This document shows, piece by piece, positions 38,239-47,820 of a stretch of 64,000 nt of DNA. Positions within the stretch are counted from its first letter, which is position 1. Each line of letters begins with the position of its first letter. A program made the position numbers and the translations under genes. The stretch lies in NCBI GenBank assembly GCA_965223545.1, contig OZ245006.1, forward strand, positions 7,552,001 through 7,616,000. Reading direction: 5' to 3'. Under the pieces are notes generated by a model. It did not search any database and was not told the DNA's origin. It saw nothing but the letters and a program-made list of their open reading frames with translations. The stretch comes from Planctomycetota bacterium. GTDB taxonomy: Bacteria; Planctomycetota; UBA1135; UBA2386.

Positions 38239-39243
38239 ATGGCCAGCATGTCGACCCCGACGTTGATTCCCGTGGGCATTGCCGGGCTCGGCAAGTCCGT
38301 GCCCGAGCGCGAGCTGCACAACGACGAGCTCGAGCGGATGGTCGATACGTCCGACGAGTGGATCGTGCAGCGCACCGGCATTCGCAGCCGCCGGATCGCG
38401 GCCGACGACGAGTGCACGAGCGACATGGCGACCGAGGCGGCGCGGCGTGCGTTGGACGACGCCGGGATCGCGCCCACCGAAGTCGACGTGATCTTGTGCT
38501 GCACGGTGACCGGCGACATGGTGTTTCCGGCGACGGCCTGCAAGATCGGCGAGAAGCTCGGTGCTCCGCAGGCGGGTGGCTTCGACATCGGCGCGGCCTG
38601 CAGTGGGTTCGTGTTCGGCCTGCACACCGGCGCGCAGTACATCGCCGCCGGGGCGGCCAAGACCGTCCTCGTCGTCGGCGCCGAGAAGCTGAGCACGATC
38701 CTCGACTACCAGGATCGCAACACGTGCGTCCTGTTCGGCGATGGCGCCGGCGCAGTGGTGTTGACCTCGCTGGAGCGGGCCGGTCAGGGCGAGTACATCG
38801 AGGGCTCCCTCGGCATGGAGGGGGGCAACGACGAGGTCTTGTGTGTGCCGGCCGGTGGCGCTCTGCACCCGGCCTCACACGCCACGGTCGACCAGCGCAT
38901 GCACTACATGAAGATGGGGGGCACCAAGGTGTTCCGCTTCGCGGTGCGCGTGTTCGCCGACATGGTGGCGAAGTCGATGCGGCCGTACGGCTACGACCAG
39001 CTCAGTGTCGTGGTGCCGCACCAGGTCAACCAGCGGATCATCGAGGCCGCCGCCGAGCGGCTCGAGTTGCCGCTCGACAAGTTTTTCGTCAACATTGCGC
39101 AGTATGGCAACACTTCCGCGGCCTCGGTGCCGATCGCGCTGGCCGAAGCGCGGGATGCCGGTCGGCTCGAGAAGGGCAAGATCGTCTGCATGGTGGCGTT
39201 CGGCGCGGGTCTGATGTGGGGGCACGTCCTGGTGCGCTGGTAG
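38239..39243 (+). CDS. fabH: Beta-ketoacyl-ACP synthase III
   Basis: DTSDEWIVQRTGI, AACSGF, LFGDGAGA, PHQVN, YGNTSAASVP. Confidence 0.96.
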   Translation: MASMSTPTLIPVGIAGLGKSVPERELHNDELERMVDTSDEWIVQRTGIRSRRIAADDECTSDMATEAARRALDDAGIAPTEVDVILCCTVTGDMVFPATACKIGEKLGAPQAGGFDIGAACSGFVFGLHTGAQYIAAGAAKTVLVVGAEKLSTILDYQDRNTCVLFGDGAGAVVLTSLERAGQGEYIEGSLGMEGGNDEVLCVPAGGALHPASHATVDQRMHYMKMGGTKVFRFAVRVFADMVAKSMRPYGYDQLSVVVPHQVNQRIIEAAAERLELPLDKFFVNIAQYGNTSAASVPIALAEARDAGRLEKGKIVCMVAFGAGLMWGHVLVRW

Positions 39244-39290
39244 AATCGCCCTGGGATCGACAAGCCAAGCTCGATGATGGAGACAAAACA

Positions 39291-40031
39291 GTGACGCTCG
39301 AAGGCAAGGTCGCGGTCGTCACCGGTGCGTCGCGCGGCATCGGTCGCGCCATCGCCGGTGCCCTGGCCGAGCGCGGAGCACGCGTCGTGTGCACGGCGAC
39401 CCGCGACGGCGGTTGCGCGGCCACGGTCGACGAGATCCGCGCCGCCGGCGGCGAGGCCCATGGTTACGCCTTGGAGGTGTCGTCGCTCGAGGCGGTCGAT
39501 GGTTTTGCCAAGGCGGTGACCGACGATGTCGGACCGGTGTCGGTGCTGGTGAACAACGCGGGCATCACCCGAGACGGGTTGTTTCTGCGCATGGCGGCCG
39601 AGGACTTCGACGCCGTGCTCGCGGTCAATCTGCGCGGCGCGTTCGCCACCTGCCGGGCGTTTGCCCGTGGCATGGCGAAGGCCCGTCACGGCCGGATCGT
39701 CAACGTTGGCTCGGTGGTCGGGCTGACGGGCAACGCCGGTCAGGTCAACTACGCCGCGGCGAAGGCCGGCCTGATCGGGATGAGCAAGTCGCTGGCGCGT
39801 GAGCTGGCGGGACGCGGGGTGACCGTAAATGTCGTTGCCCCGGGGTTCATCGAGACCGACATGACCGCCGGGCTGCCCGAGGACGTCCGCACCGAGGCCG
39901 TCAAAAACATTCCGTTGGCCCGTTTCGGCACCCCATCGGATGTTGCAGGCACCGTTTCTTTTCTGTGTAGTGACGCCGCCGCGTACCTCACGGGACAAGT
40001 GCTCGTCGTGGACGGCGGCATGGCCATGTGA
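39291..40031 (+). CDS. fabG: 3-oxoacyl-ACP reductase
   Basis: [39 protein letters not shown]; synteny. Confidence 0.96.
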   Translation: MTLEGKVAVVTGASRGIGRAIAGALAERGARVVCTATRDGGCAATVDEIRAAGGEAHGYALEVSSLEAVDGFAKAVTDDVGPVSVLVNNAGITRDGLFLRMAAEDFDAVLAVNLRGAFATCRAFARGMAKARHGRIVNVGSVVGLTGNAGQVNYAAAKAGLIGMSKSLARELAGRGVTVNVVAPGFIETDMTAGLPEDVRTEAVKNIPLARFGTPSDVAGTVSFLCSDAAAYLTGQVLVVDGGMAM

Positions 40032-40108
40032 CCGGCCGCAGCCGTGCCGGCGTGAGCGTCGACCCTCATTCCGTATCTGACCCTGGCTCCCCCAAGGGAG
40101 GTTTGAAA

Positions 40109-40354
40109 GTGGCGAAAGTCGAGAACGTCGAGGAACGAGTCCTCAACATCGTTTGCGAGCAGCTCGGGACCAGCCGTGAGAAGATCACGCGGGAGACCTC
40201 GTTCATCAACGACCTTGGTGCCGACTCGCTCGACACCGTCGAGTTGGTGATGGAGTTCGAGGACGAGTTCGAGATCAACATCCCCGACGAGGACGCCGAG
40301 AAGATCCAGACTGTCGGTGACGCGATCACCTACATCGAATCCAAGCTCTCCTGA
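40109..40354 (+). CDS. acpP: Acyl carrier protein
   Basis: [14 protein letters not shown] phosphopantetheine motif; RBS GGAGG before GTG. Confidence 0.97.
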   Translation: MAKVENVEERVLNIVCEQLGTSREKITRETSFINDLGADSLDTVELVMEFEDEFEINIPDEDAEKIQTVGDAITYIESKLS

Positions 40355-40369
40355 GCGCGGGTGGTGGCC

Positions 40370-41608
40370 ATGTCGCGTCGCCGAGTGGTGATCACCGGGA
40401 TGGGGGCGATCAGCCCGCTGGGGCTGGACCTCGCCTCGACCTGGGACAAGCTGCTGGAGGGCGTGTCCGGGGCCGGACCGGTCACGCGTTTCGACGCGTC
40501 CAAGCACACCACGCAGTTCGCCTGCGAGGTGAAGGATTTCGACGCGCTCGCCTACTTCACCAAGCTCGAGCTGCGGCGCTTCGATCTGTTCGCTCAGTAC
40601 CAGCTGATCGCGGCGGACGAGGCGATGCGCGACTCGGGCATCGACATGGGGAGCGAGGATCCCACCCGAGCGGGCTGCATCATGGGGTCCGGCATCGGCG
40701 GGATCTTCGAGTTCGAGCAGACCAAAGAAGTGGCGATGGAGAAGGGCATCCACCGGGTGAGCCCGTTCTTCATCCCCAAGCTGATCAGCAACTCGGCGGC
40801 AGGCCACGTCGCGATTCGCCACAACCTGCAGGCGACCTCGTTCGCCACGGTGTCGGCGTGCGCCAGCGCCAGCCACGCGATCGGCATGGCGCTGCGCTCG
40901 ATTCAGTGGGGCGAGTCCGACGTCATGCTGACCGGCGGCGCGGAGGCCGCCACCAGCTACCTCGGCTTGGCCGGCTTCTGCGCGATGAAGGCGCTGTCGA
41001 CGCGCAACGACGATCCGCTGCGCGCGTCGCGACCTTTCGACCGCGAGCGCGATGGTTTCGTCATGGGTGAGGGTGCTGCGGTGCTGGTGCTCGAGGAGCT
41101 CGAGCACGCGCGCGCGCGCGGCGCCAAGATCTACGCCGAGGTGCGGGGCTACGGCTCGACGGACGACGCGCACCACATCACCGCGCCGCGTGAGGACGGC
41201 GATGGCCCGGCGCGGGCGATGACCCTCGCGCTGCAGGATGCCGAGTGCGACCCCGGCGAGGTCGATTACGTCAACGCGCACGGCACCAGCACCGAGCTCA
41301 ACGACAAGACCGAGACGCTGGCGATCAAGCGCGTGTTCGGCGAGCACGCTCAGCGTTTGCAGATCTCGTCGACCAAGTCGATGGTCGGCCATTTGCTTGG
41401 CGCCTCGGGTGCCATCGAGCTGGCGGCATCGGCGTTGACGATTCAACGCGGCGTCATCTCGCCGACCATCAACTACGAGTTTCCCGATCCGGACTGCGAT
41501 CTCGACTACGTGCCGAATGCGGCGCGCGAGAGTGCGGTCAAGGTCGCCATCAGCAACTCCCTGGGTTTTGGCGGCCACAACACTTGCTTGGTGATCGCCC
41601 AACCGTGA
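40370..41608 (+). CDS. fabF: Beta-ketoacyl-ACP synthase II
   Basis: RRVVITGMG, SACAS, NAHGTST, KSMVGHLLGASG, SNSLGFGGHN. Confidence 0.97.
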   Translation: MSRRRVVITGMGAISPLGLDLASTWDKLLEGVSGAGPVTRFDASKHTTQFACEVKDFDALAYFTKLELRRFDLFAQYQLIAADEAMRDSGIDMGSEDPTRAGCIMGSGIGGIFEFEQTKEVAMEKGIHRVSPFFIPKLISNSAAGHVAIRHNLQATSFATVSACASASHAIGMALRSIQWGESDVMLTGGAEAATSYLGLAGFCAMKALSTRNDDPLRASRPFDRERDGFVMGEGAAVLVLEELEHARARGAKIYAEVRGYGSTDDAHHITAPREDGDGPARAMTLALQDAECDPGEVDYVNAHGTSTELNDKTETLAIKRVFGEHAQRLQISSTKSMVGHLLGASGAIELAASALTIQRGVISPTINYEFPDPDCDLDYVPNAARESAVKVAISNSLGFGGHNTCLVIAQP

Positions 41609-41961
41609 AGCAGCAGTTCAAGCAGCTCCTCCACCACTACAAGGTGGAAGCGTTCAAGATCAGCCACAGCCACGACTCGGTGCAGGAGGCCGCTCGCGAG
41701 ATCTTGAAGTTCTCGGAAGAGGCGCTCAACAACGAGTACCACTACCACTTCCACACCGATCCCGATCCCAAGCGGATCGAGACCTTCAAGATGATCAAGA
41801 ACTACACGCTCGAGGCCCTGCTGCCGCCGGTGCTCGAGAAGCTGGTGTGGCGGATCTCGGTGTTGGAGAAGCAGCACGAGGAGCTCGTCAAGCTGTTCGG
41901 CGAAGTGCTGGAGACGCTGTCGGACGACGATCTGCGCCTCGACCCGCCGCACGACGCTTGA
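41605..41961 (+). CDS. Hypothetical protein (118 aa), translationally coupled to fabF
   Basis: GTGA overlap with the fabF stop; Lys/Glu/His-rich with strong GC3 bias; C-terminal coiled-coil-like segment. Confidence 0.8.
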   Translation: MKQQFKQLLHHYKVEAFKISHSHDSVQEAAREILKFSEEALNNEYHYHFHTDPDPKRIETFKMIKNYTLEALLPPVLEKLVWRISVLEKQHEELVKLFGEVLETLSDDDLRLDPPHDA

Positions 41962-41983
41962 GCGAGCGAGGGGCTGACGCGCG

Positions 41984-42916
41984 ATGAGCACGACGGCTCC
42001 CCTGCGCACGGTGCTGGCGGCCGACTTGGGCGGCACCAAGTGTCGGTTTGGCCGGGTCGACGCCGACCTCCAGGTCCGTGCCGTGCGCGAGGTACCCACC
42101 ACGATGGTGCGGGCCGACTTCGACGCGGCGATGCACGAGGCCTTCGACGCGGTGTCGGCGCCGCTCGACGGCTGCCTGCCGGCGGAGGCCATCGGTGTCG
42201 GAGTCGCCGCGGTCGTGCTCGCCGATGGTGACACGCTGACCGGCAGCCCCAACCTGCCGTTGGCCGAGGTGCCGTTGGCAAGCGAGCTGCGTGCCCGCTA
42301 CGGACTGCCGGTGACCCTGCTGAACGACGGTCGCGCCAGCGCTTTCGGCGAGTATCTGACCGGCGAGGCCGCTGGCCGGGATCCGATGTTAGTGTTGTTC
42401 TTCGGCACCGGCATCGGCATCGGCCTGATCATCGGGGGGGCGCCCTATGCCGGCGCCGGCAACGCCGCGGGCGAGGTCGGGCACGCGATCTTCCGGCCGG
42501 ATGGCCGGCAGTGTGTTTGCCGTCGGTACGGCTGCTTCGAGGCGTACTGCGGCGGTGGCCCGATGACCAGCCGCGCGGCCGCCGAGCTGGGCGCGTGTGC
42601 CGATGGCACCCGCTGGACGGTCGGTCGCATCGTGGCGCGCGCCGAGGCGGGCGACGCGGCGGCGGCGGCGATCCTCGGCGACGCCGAGTTGGCGGCCGGT
42701 ACCATGGTCGCCTCGCTCTGTACGGTCCTCAACCCGGCGGTTGTGGTGCTCGGCGGGGGTGTGCTCAAGGGTTGGCCGGAGCTGGCGCCCCGGATCGAGC
42801 GCGCGGCGCGCAGCTGGTGCACCGACAACGTCAACCAGTCGATGACTTTCCTGCCCAGCACCGGGGGCTCGGACGCGATCCTGCGCGGCGTGGCGCGCGC
42901 GACCGGCGTGTGTTGA
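41984..42916 (+). CDS. ROK-family sugar kinase (glucokinase-like)
   Basis: DLGGTK, LNDGRASAFGE, GTGIGIG, AGEVGH, CxC..GCFE zinc motif. Confidence 0.92.
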   Translation: MSTTAPLRTVLAADLGGTKCRFGRVDADLQVRAVREVPTTMVRADFDAAMHEAFDAVSAPLDGCLPAEAIGVGVAAVVLADGDTLTGSPNLPLAEVPLASELRARYGLPVTLLNDGRASAFGEYLTGEAAGRDPMLVLFFGTGIGIGLIIGGAPYAGAGNAAGEVGHAIFRPDGRQCVCRRYGCFEAYCGGGPMTSRAAAELGACADGTRWTVGRIVARAEAGDAAAAAILGDAELAAGTMVASLCTVLNPAVVVLGGGVLKGWPELAPRIERAARSWCTDNVNQSMTFLPSTGGSDAILRGVARATGVC

Positions 42917-42943
42917 CTCGTTCGCGGCGCCGGGCCGGAGCCT

Positions 42944-42952
42944 TGCTATGAT
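42944..42952 (+). promoter_or_regulatory. Extended -10 promoter TGcTATGAT upstream of ddl
   Basis: Near-consensus TGnTATAAT, 30 nt before the ATG. Confidence 0.5.
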
Positions 42953-42981
42953 GCACGCGGTTCAACGGTGGGGGCCCTTCG

Positions 42982-44136
42982 ATGACCAAGGTGGCGGTAC
43001 TGGCGGGCGGCTGCTCGCCCGAGCATGACGTTTCGCTGCAGTCGGGTGCGCAGGTGCTGCGTCACTTGTCCGCGGCTCATGACGTCTGGCCGGTCTACCT
43101 CGACCGCGAAGGTGCGTGGTGGGCCAGCCCCGAGCCGCTGGCGCCGCCACGCCGGGCGGTGGGGTTCAAGGCCGAGGGCATGCAGTCGCGCTCGCCAGGT
43201 GCCGCGCTGGCTTGGCTGCTCGAAGCCGCGGGGGTCGAGGTGGTGCTGCCCGCGCTGCACGGCGCCTTCGGCGAGGACGGCGCGGTGCAAGGCATGCTGG
43301 AACTCCACGCCGTGCCCTACGTCGGTTGCGGCGTCGCAGCGTCGGCCGTGGCGATGGACAAGATCCGCACGCGCGAAGCGTTGGCATGCGCAGGTGTGCC
43401 GATGCCGAGGGCTTATGTCAGTCCCACGCCGTTGTGGCGTGCCGACCCGAGTCGCGAGGCGGACGCGATCGCGCAGTCGGTGGGCTTTCCGTGCTTTCTC
43501 AAAGTCGACGTCTCGGGCTCGAGCCTCGGCGTGCAGCGCGCCGAGGGCGCCGCGCACGTCGCCGAGTTCTTGGCCCGCGACGGCGGCCTCGGCCAGCGCT
43601 TCTTGGCGGAGGCAGCGGTGGAAGGCGAGGAGATCACGGTTGGCGTGCTCGGCAACAGCGGCCATGCGCTCGAGGCGCTGCCGCCGGTCGGCATCTATCC
43701 GGTGTCGGATGCCTTCTTCACCTACGACGCGAAGTACACCGCGTCGCTGTGCGAAGAGGTGGTTCCGCCGCGCGGCCTCGACGATGTCATGATCGCGTCG
43801 GTGCAGGACTTGGCGGTGCGCTGCCATCAGGCGCTTTGGTGCGACGGGATGTCCAGGGTCGACATGATCGTGGCGGACGACGGTCCGGTCGTGCTCGAGG
43901 TGAACACGATTCCGGGGATGACCGAAGTGAGTCTGCTGCCCCGCGCCGCCGCGGCCGCTGGGCTCGATTTCACCGGTCTGCTCGATCGCTTGCTGCGGCT
44001 GGCGTTGGAGCGCGCCGACGCCGGTGGGCGAACGCAGTCTCCAATCCCGCGCGCGGGCGCTACGCTTTGGCCCCACCCGCCCGCATGCACGCCACGACCG
44101 AGCCGACCGACTCCGTCCCCCGCGCCCAGGGAGTGA
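42982..44136 (+). CDS. ddl: D-alanine--D-alanine ligase
   Basis: GGCSPEHDVSLQSG, LHGAFGEDG, MDKI, GSSLGV, YDAKY, RVDM, EVNTIPGMT. Confidence 0.93.
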   Translation: MTKVAVLAGGCSPEHDVSLQSGAQVLRHLSAAHDVWPVYLDREGAWWASPEPLAPPRRAVGFKAEGMQSRSPGAALAWLLEAAGVEVVLPALHGAFGEDGAVQGMLELHAVPYVGCGVAASAVAMDKIRTREALACAGVPMPRAYVSPTPLWRADPSREADAIAQSVGFPCFLKVDVSGSSLGVQRAEGAAHVAEFLARDGGLGQRFLAEAAVEGEEITVGVLGNSGHALEALPPVGIYPVSDAFFTYDAKYTASLCEEVVPPRGLDDVMIASVQDLAVRCHQALWCDGMSRVDMIVADDGPVVLEVNTIPGMTEVSLLPRAAAAAGLDFTGLLDRLLRLALERADAGGRTQSPIPRAGATLWPHPPACTPRPSRPTPSPAPRE

Positions 44137-46334
44137 CCCCGGCTGGGGACGGCGGTGCATGGCAGTGGCTGCGCGAGCTCGCCGCCGAGCCGGCGTTGCT
44201 CGAAGTGCTGGTCCTCGCCGTCGTCGCCGCCGTGGTGTTCTTGGTCGGAACCCACCTCGTTCGTCGTGTGCGGGAAGCGCGGGCGCGGGGTGCGCTGAGT
44301 GACTACCTGCTCGGCGTCGAGCAGGCGCTGGCGGGCGACGTGCGTGGGGCCGCCAAGCGGTTGCGCAAGGTGTTGGCCGAAGACCCGGAGAACGCGTACG
44401 CACGCCTGCTCTACGGCGAGGTCCTGTGCGAGCTCGGCGAGCCTGGAGCGGCGCACAAAGAGCACCTGTTGTTGCAGCGTTCGTTCGGCATCGATAGCCG
44501 GCGCAACGAGCTCGGTTTGGCGCGGAGTCTGCTCGACAGCGGGCGGGCCGGCGAGGCCGTCGAAGTCGCGGCGCACGCGGTGCAGCGCGTGGAGGATCGC
44601 GCTGGGCTGCGCCTGCTGTTCGCCGCGCAGCTCGCGGCGGGACAGCCTGAAGAAGCGGGGCGCACCGGCTGCAGGCTGGCGCCGATGCTGAGCGACGGCG
44701 GTGAGCGCCGGGCGGTGCGCGCGCGTGCGGCGGCGGCGCTGGCGCTCGCCGGGGCGGTGCGGAGTCGGGGGGGAGACGACGCCGGCGCGGCCGCTCTCTG
44801 CCGCGAGGCCGAGTCGCTGGAGGCCGATGTGCCGGAACTGCGCCAGCTGCGTGCGCGCCAACACATCGAGCGCGGTGACCTGCCGGCGGCGACTGCGCTG
44901 GCAGTCCCGGCACTGGCGGAAGGTGCCACCGGTGCGTTGGCCGTCGAGGCCGGCCGGGCGGCGGTGTTGCCAGCACCATACGTCTGCCCGACCTGTCGCG
45001 GCGCGCTGCCGCGGTGGCAGCTGCGCTGCCCGCACTGCGAGGCCGGTGTGGTGCCGGAGCTCGCCGAGCCGGCGCTCAGCGCACCGATCGAGGACGCGGC
45101 GCAGTGCATGGACGGCATCGACGCCAACCGCGCGCACGTCCGCCGGCAGGTGCGGGCGGCGCTCGCCGGCGACGGAGAGGCGGTGGAAGATCTGGCGGCG
45201 CTCGGCGGAGATGCCGTGGCGGAGCTGTTGGCGGCCGCCGCGCGGCCGTCGGAGCCTCCCGACGTGCTGGTCGGTGTTCTCCGCGGCATGGGACCGCCGG
45301 TCATTCCCGCCCTGTTCGCGGCCCTGCGGCAAGCGACGCGCCGGCCCCTGGGGCGGATCAGCGGGCTGCTCCAACCCAGCCGTGAAGCCGCCGTCGTCGG
45401 TCGCGTGGTGCAGGGCTTTGGTCGTGACGCGTTGCCGTTCTTCGAGGAGCTGGTGGACACCGAAGATCGCGAGCTGCGCAAGGTCGTGCTCGACTTCCTC
45501 ATCGGCCTCGCCGACGAGACCGAGTTGGCGGCCGCGTTGGCCCGCTTCGCCCCGGTCGAGGTGATCCACCGCCTCAACGCCGCCCCGCGGCCGGTCTTGG
45601 TCGCCTTGCTGCGAACGGTGCGCGGCGATGGTTTCGTCGCGAGTGGGCTGCTCGTGCAGTCCAGCTTTCGCCGCGAAGCCGAGCTCGTGGAGGCGCTCGC
45701 CGGCGCCCGCGAACCGGCGGCGTTGATCGGCGTGCTCGAGCGGCGTGGCTACACGCCGCAGCTGGGCGAGCTCTTGGTCGACGCGCTCGGTGATGCGGCG
45801 TTGGCGCCAGTGGCTGGTGATGCCCTCGACCGATTTGCCACGCGGGCGCTGGACCAGATGCTGTCGGCGTACGCCGACCAGGATCGGTCGGCCGACGTTC
45901 GGGAGGGTTTGGCCACGCGCATCGCGGCGCTGGGACCGGACGTCGTCGCGCCGGTGTGCGCGCTGTTCGGCCCCTCCGCGTCGGCGCTCGACGACGACCT
46001 GCACCGCCTCTTGGTCGCGGTCGGACCTGTGGCCCGCGGCCCGCTGGCCGAGGCGTACCGCAGCAGCGGGTTGGTGGAGCGGCTGGCCGGGCGTCTGCCC
46101 GGGCGCCGCACCTCGCGGCACAGCCACCGGCGCGTGCGGATCATCCGCGCGCTGTGCGCCCTCCGCGGCGGCGAGGAGTTGCGGTCGCTACGCGCCGACG
46201 AGACCGATGACAACCTGGCCCTGCGCCTGGCGCAGGCATTACACGAGATCGAGGGCGGTGCGGGTGGCATCGAGCCGCCGGCCGCCGAGCGCGCCAACGA
46301 CTTGGCGGGGGATGAGCATGGCGCGCCTGGGTAG
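44133..46334 (+). CDS. LapB-like TPR/rubredoxin membrane protein fused to a C-terminal HEAT-like domain
   Basis: Single N-terminal TM, TPRs (YLLGVEQAL...DPENAYARLLYGEVL...H), YVCPTC...RCPHC zinc knuckle, ~400 extra helical residues; start may instead be ATG 44085. Confidence 0.7.
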   Translation: MTPAGDGGAWQWLRELAAEPALLEVLVLAVVAAVVFLVGTHLVRRVREARARGALSDYLLGVEQALAGDVRGAAKRLRKVLAEDPENAYARLLYGEVLCELGEPGAAHKEHLLLQRSFGIDSRRNELGLARSLLDSGRAGEAVEVAAHAVQRVEDRAGLRLLFAAQLAAGQPEEAGRTGCRLAPMLSDGGERRAVRARAAAALALAGAVRSRGGDDAGAAALCREAESLEADVPELRQLRARQHIERGDLPAATALAVPALAEGATGALAVEAGRAAVLPAPYVCPTCRGALPRWQLRCPHCEAGVVPELAEPALSAPIEDAAQCMDGIDANRAHVRRQVRAALAGDGEAVEDLAALGGDAVAELLAAAARPSEPPDVLVGVLRGMGPPVIPALFAALRQATRRPLGRISGLLQPSREAAVVGRVVQGFGRDALPFFEELVDTEDRELRKVVLDFLIGLADETELAAALARFAPVEVIHRLNAAPRPVLVALLRTVRGDGFVASGLLVQSSFRREAELVEALAGAREPAALIGVLERRGYTPQLGELLVDALGDAALAPVAGDALDRFATRALDQMLSAYADQDRSADVREGLATRIAALGPDVVAPVCALFGPSASALDDDLHRLLVAVGPVARGPLAEAYRSSGLVERLAGRLPGRRTSRHSHRRVRIIRALCALRGGEELRSLRADETDDNLALRLAQALHEIEGGAGGIEPPAAERANDLAGDEHGAPG

Positions 46335-47583
46335 GCTCTTCGGTCGAGTGATCGGCGCGCCGGTGCGCGCGTTACTGCCGTCCAACCCCTGGCTGCGGCT
46401 GTTGGTCATCGCCCTGCCGGTGCTCGTTCTGCTGGCCTTCCTGCAGCCCGTGCTCGGCTTGGTCGGTGGCGCTTTCCAGCTGGTCGCCGGTCTGCTGGCG
46501 CCGCTTCTCGACAACGCTGTCGGTCGGCTCGTGCTGCTCAATGCGATCCTCGCGGTGGTAGCGCTGGTGGCGTGGTTGCTGCTGCGCAACTCGTTCCGCA
46601 GCCTGCGCTCCGGTCTGCTGCTCCGGCACCATCTGGACGGCGTGCAGGCGTTGCTCGGCGACGATCGGCGCCGGCCGGAGGAGGCGTTCCGCCGGGCCGC
46701 GCGCTCGACCGCCGCGCCACCGCGCGAGTACCGCGCCGCGCCGCAGGACGCGCGCATCAAGTTGGCACGGCTCGCGCTCGAACGCGACGAGCCGGCCGAG
46801 GCGATCGCCTGGTTGACCCGGGTGCGCGAGAAGCGTCTGCCGGCCGAGTTGCGGCGCAGCCTCTTGCAGCTGAGGGTCGAGGCGGCCGAGGTGCAGGGCG
46901 AGATGTTGCCGGAGACCGTCGAGCGCGAGGTGGTCGAGGCACTCGAGCGCTTCGCCGACGACGCACACCTGTTGGCGGCGCTGCGGCGCCTGCTCATCGC
47001 GCGCGGCGCCTTGGCCGAGGCCGCCGACGTGCAGGCGCGGCTGTTGGCGGCGGCCGCGCCGCGCGCCGCGGCGGCCGCGCGCCAACAGCTTCTCGACGAC
47101 CTGATCCGCGCCGGGGAGCAGGCTCTGGAGGGCGGCGACCCGCAGGCTGCCGCCGGGTTTGCCCGCCGGGCCCACGCCGTCGAGGCGACCCCTGCGGCTG
47201 GTGTCCTTCTCGGTCGCGCGATGCTGGCCAGTGGCGACGTCACCGCCGCGGTTCGAGAGTGGGGTGCAGTGCGGGCCCCGGAGGGCCTGGCGCGGCTCGC
47301 CGAGCTGTTCGACGAACGGCCCGGTGTCTTGAGTCCGCGCCAACTGCTGCAGGCGTGCCCGACCCAGGGAGCACTCTTGCTGGTGGCCCGCGAGTACGCC
47401 CGCGCCGGCGAGCCGGTCAAGGCCCTGCGGGCGGCACGGCGGGCAGCGCGCGCATTGGGCCCGACGCCGACGGTCACCGCGGTGCTCGGCGAAGTGCTGG
47501 AGCGCTGCGGACAGACGGCCGAGGCCGCCGAGTTGCGGCAATCGGCGTTGCGGTTGGCGGTCGGGGGCGAGGCTCCCGCCTGA
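46312..47583 (+). CDS. Two-TM TPR-like membrane protein (HemY/LapB-like architecture)
   Basis: Two N-terminal hydrophobic helices then TPR-like helices; overlaps the upstream gene. Confidence 0.6.
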   Translation: MSMARLGRLFGRVIGAPVRALLPSNPWLRLLVIALPVLVLLAFLQPVLGLVGGAFQLVAGLLAPLLDNAVGRLVLLNAILAVVALVAWLLLRNSFRSLRSGLLLRHHLDGVQALLGDDRRRPEEAFRRAARSTAAPPREYRAAPQDARIKLARLALERDEPAEAIAWLTRVREKRLPAELRRSLLQLRVEAAEVQGEMLPETVEREVVEALERFADDAHLLAALRRLLIARGALAEAADVQARLLAAAAPRAAAAARQQLLDDLIRAGEQALEGGDPQAAAGFARRAHAVEATPAAGVLLGRAMLASGDVTAAVREWGAVRAPEGLARLAELFDERPGVLSPRQLLQACPTQGALLLVAREYARAGEPVKALRAARRAARALGPTPTVTAVLGEVLERCGQTAEAAELRQSALRLAVGGEAPA

Positions 47584-47659
47584 CTCGGGCGGTTTGCGGG
47601 TTCCGTTCGAGGCTGGAACACGCTCTGCCCGGCGCTACCCTGTTGCCGTTTCGCGAAAC

Positions 47660-47746
47660 GCCGGAGTGGCGGAATGGCAGACGCGTCGGATTCAAAATCC
47701 GATGCCCGTAAAGGGCGTGTGGGTTCGAGTCCCACCTCCGGTACCA
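47660..47746 (+). tRNA. tRNA-Leu (anticodon CAA)
   Basis: Acceptor stem GCCGGAG/CTCCGGT, D-loop GG, anticodon arm TCGGA-TTCAAAA-TCCGA, long variable arm, GTTCGAGTC T-loop, encoded CCA. Confidence 0.97.
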
Positions 47747-47820
47747 GCGATCTGCGGCAGCGCCGGCAGTCGAGGCCAAGCCGCGTTGCATTCTCTGCTC
47801 TCATCACCTGAGATCTAGAG

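Noticed and set aside
38100..39290. Apparent long N-terminal extensions or fusions on fabG, galE, the LapB-like gene, DUF366 and the anti-sigma
   Set aside because: The extensions run through upstream genes in another frame; internal starts with an RBS or stop/start overlaps explain the real genes.
44020..44136. Pro-rich C-terminal extension of Ddl as a functional domain
   Set aside because: Low complexity and possibly just overlap with the 5' region of the next gene (alternative ATG at 44085); no supporting motif.
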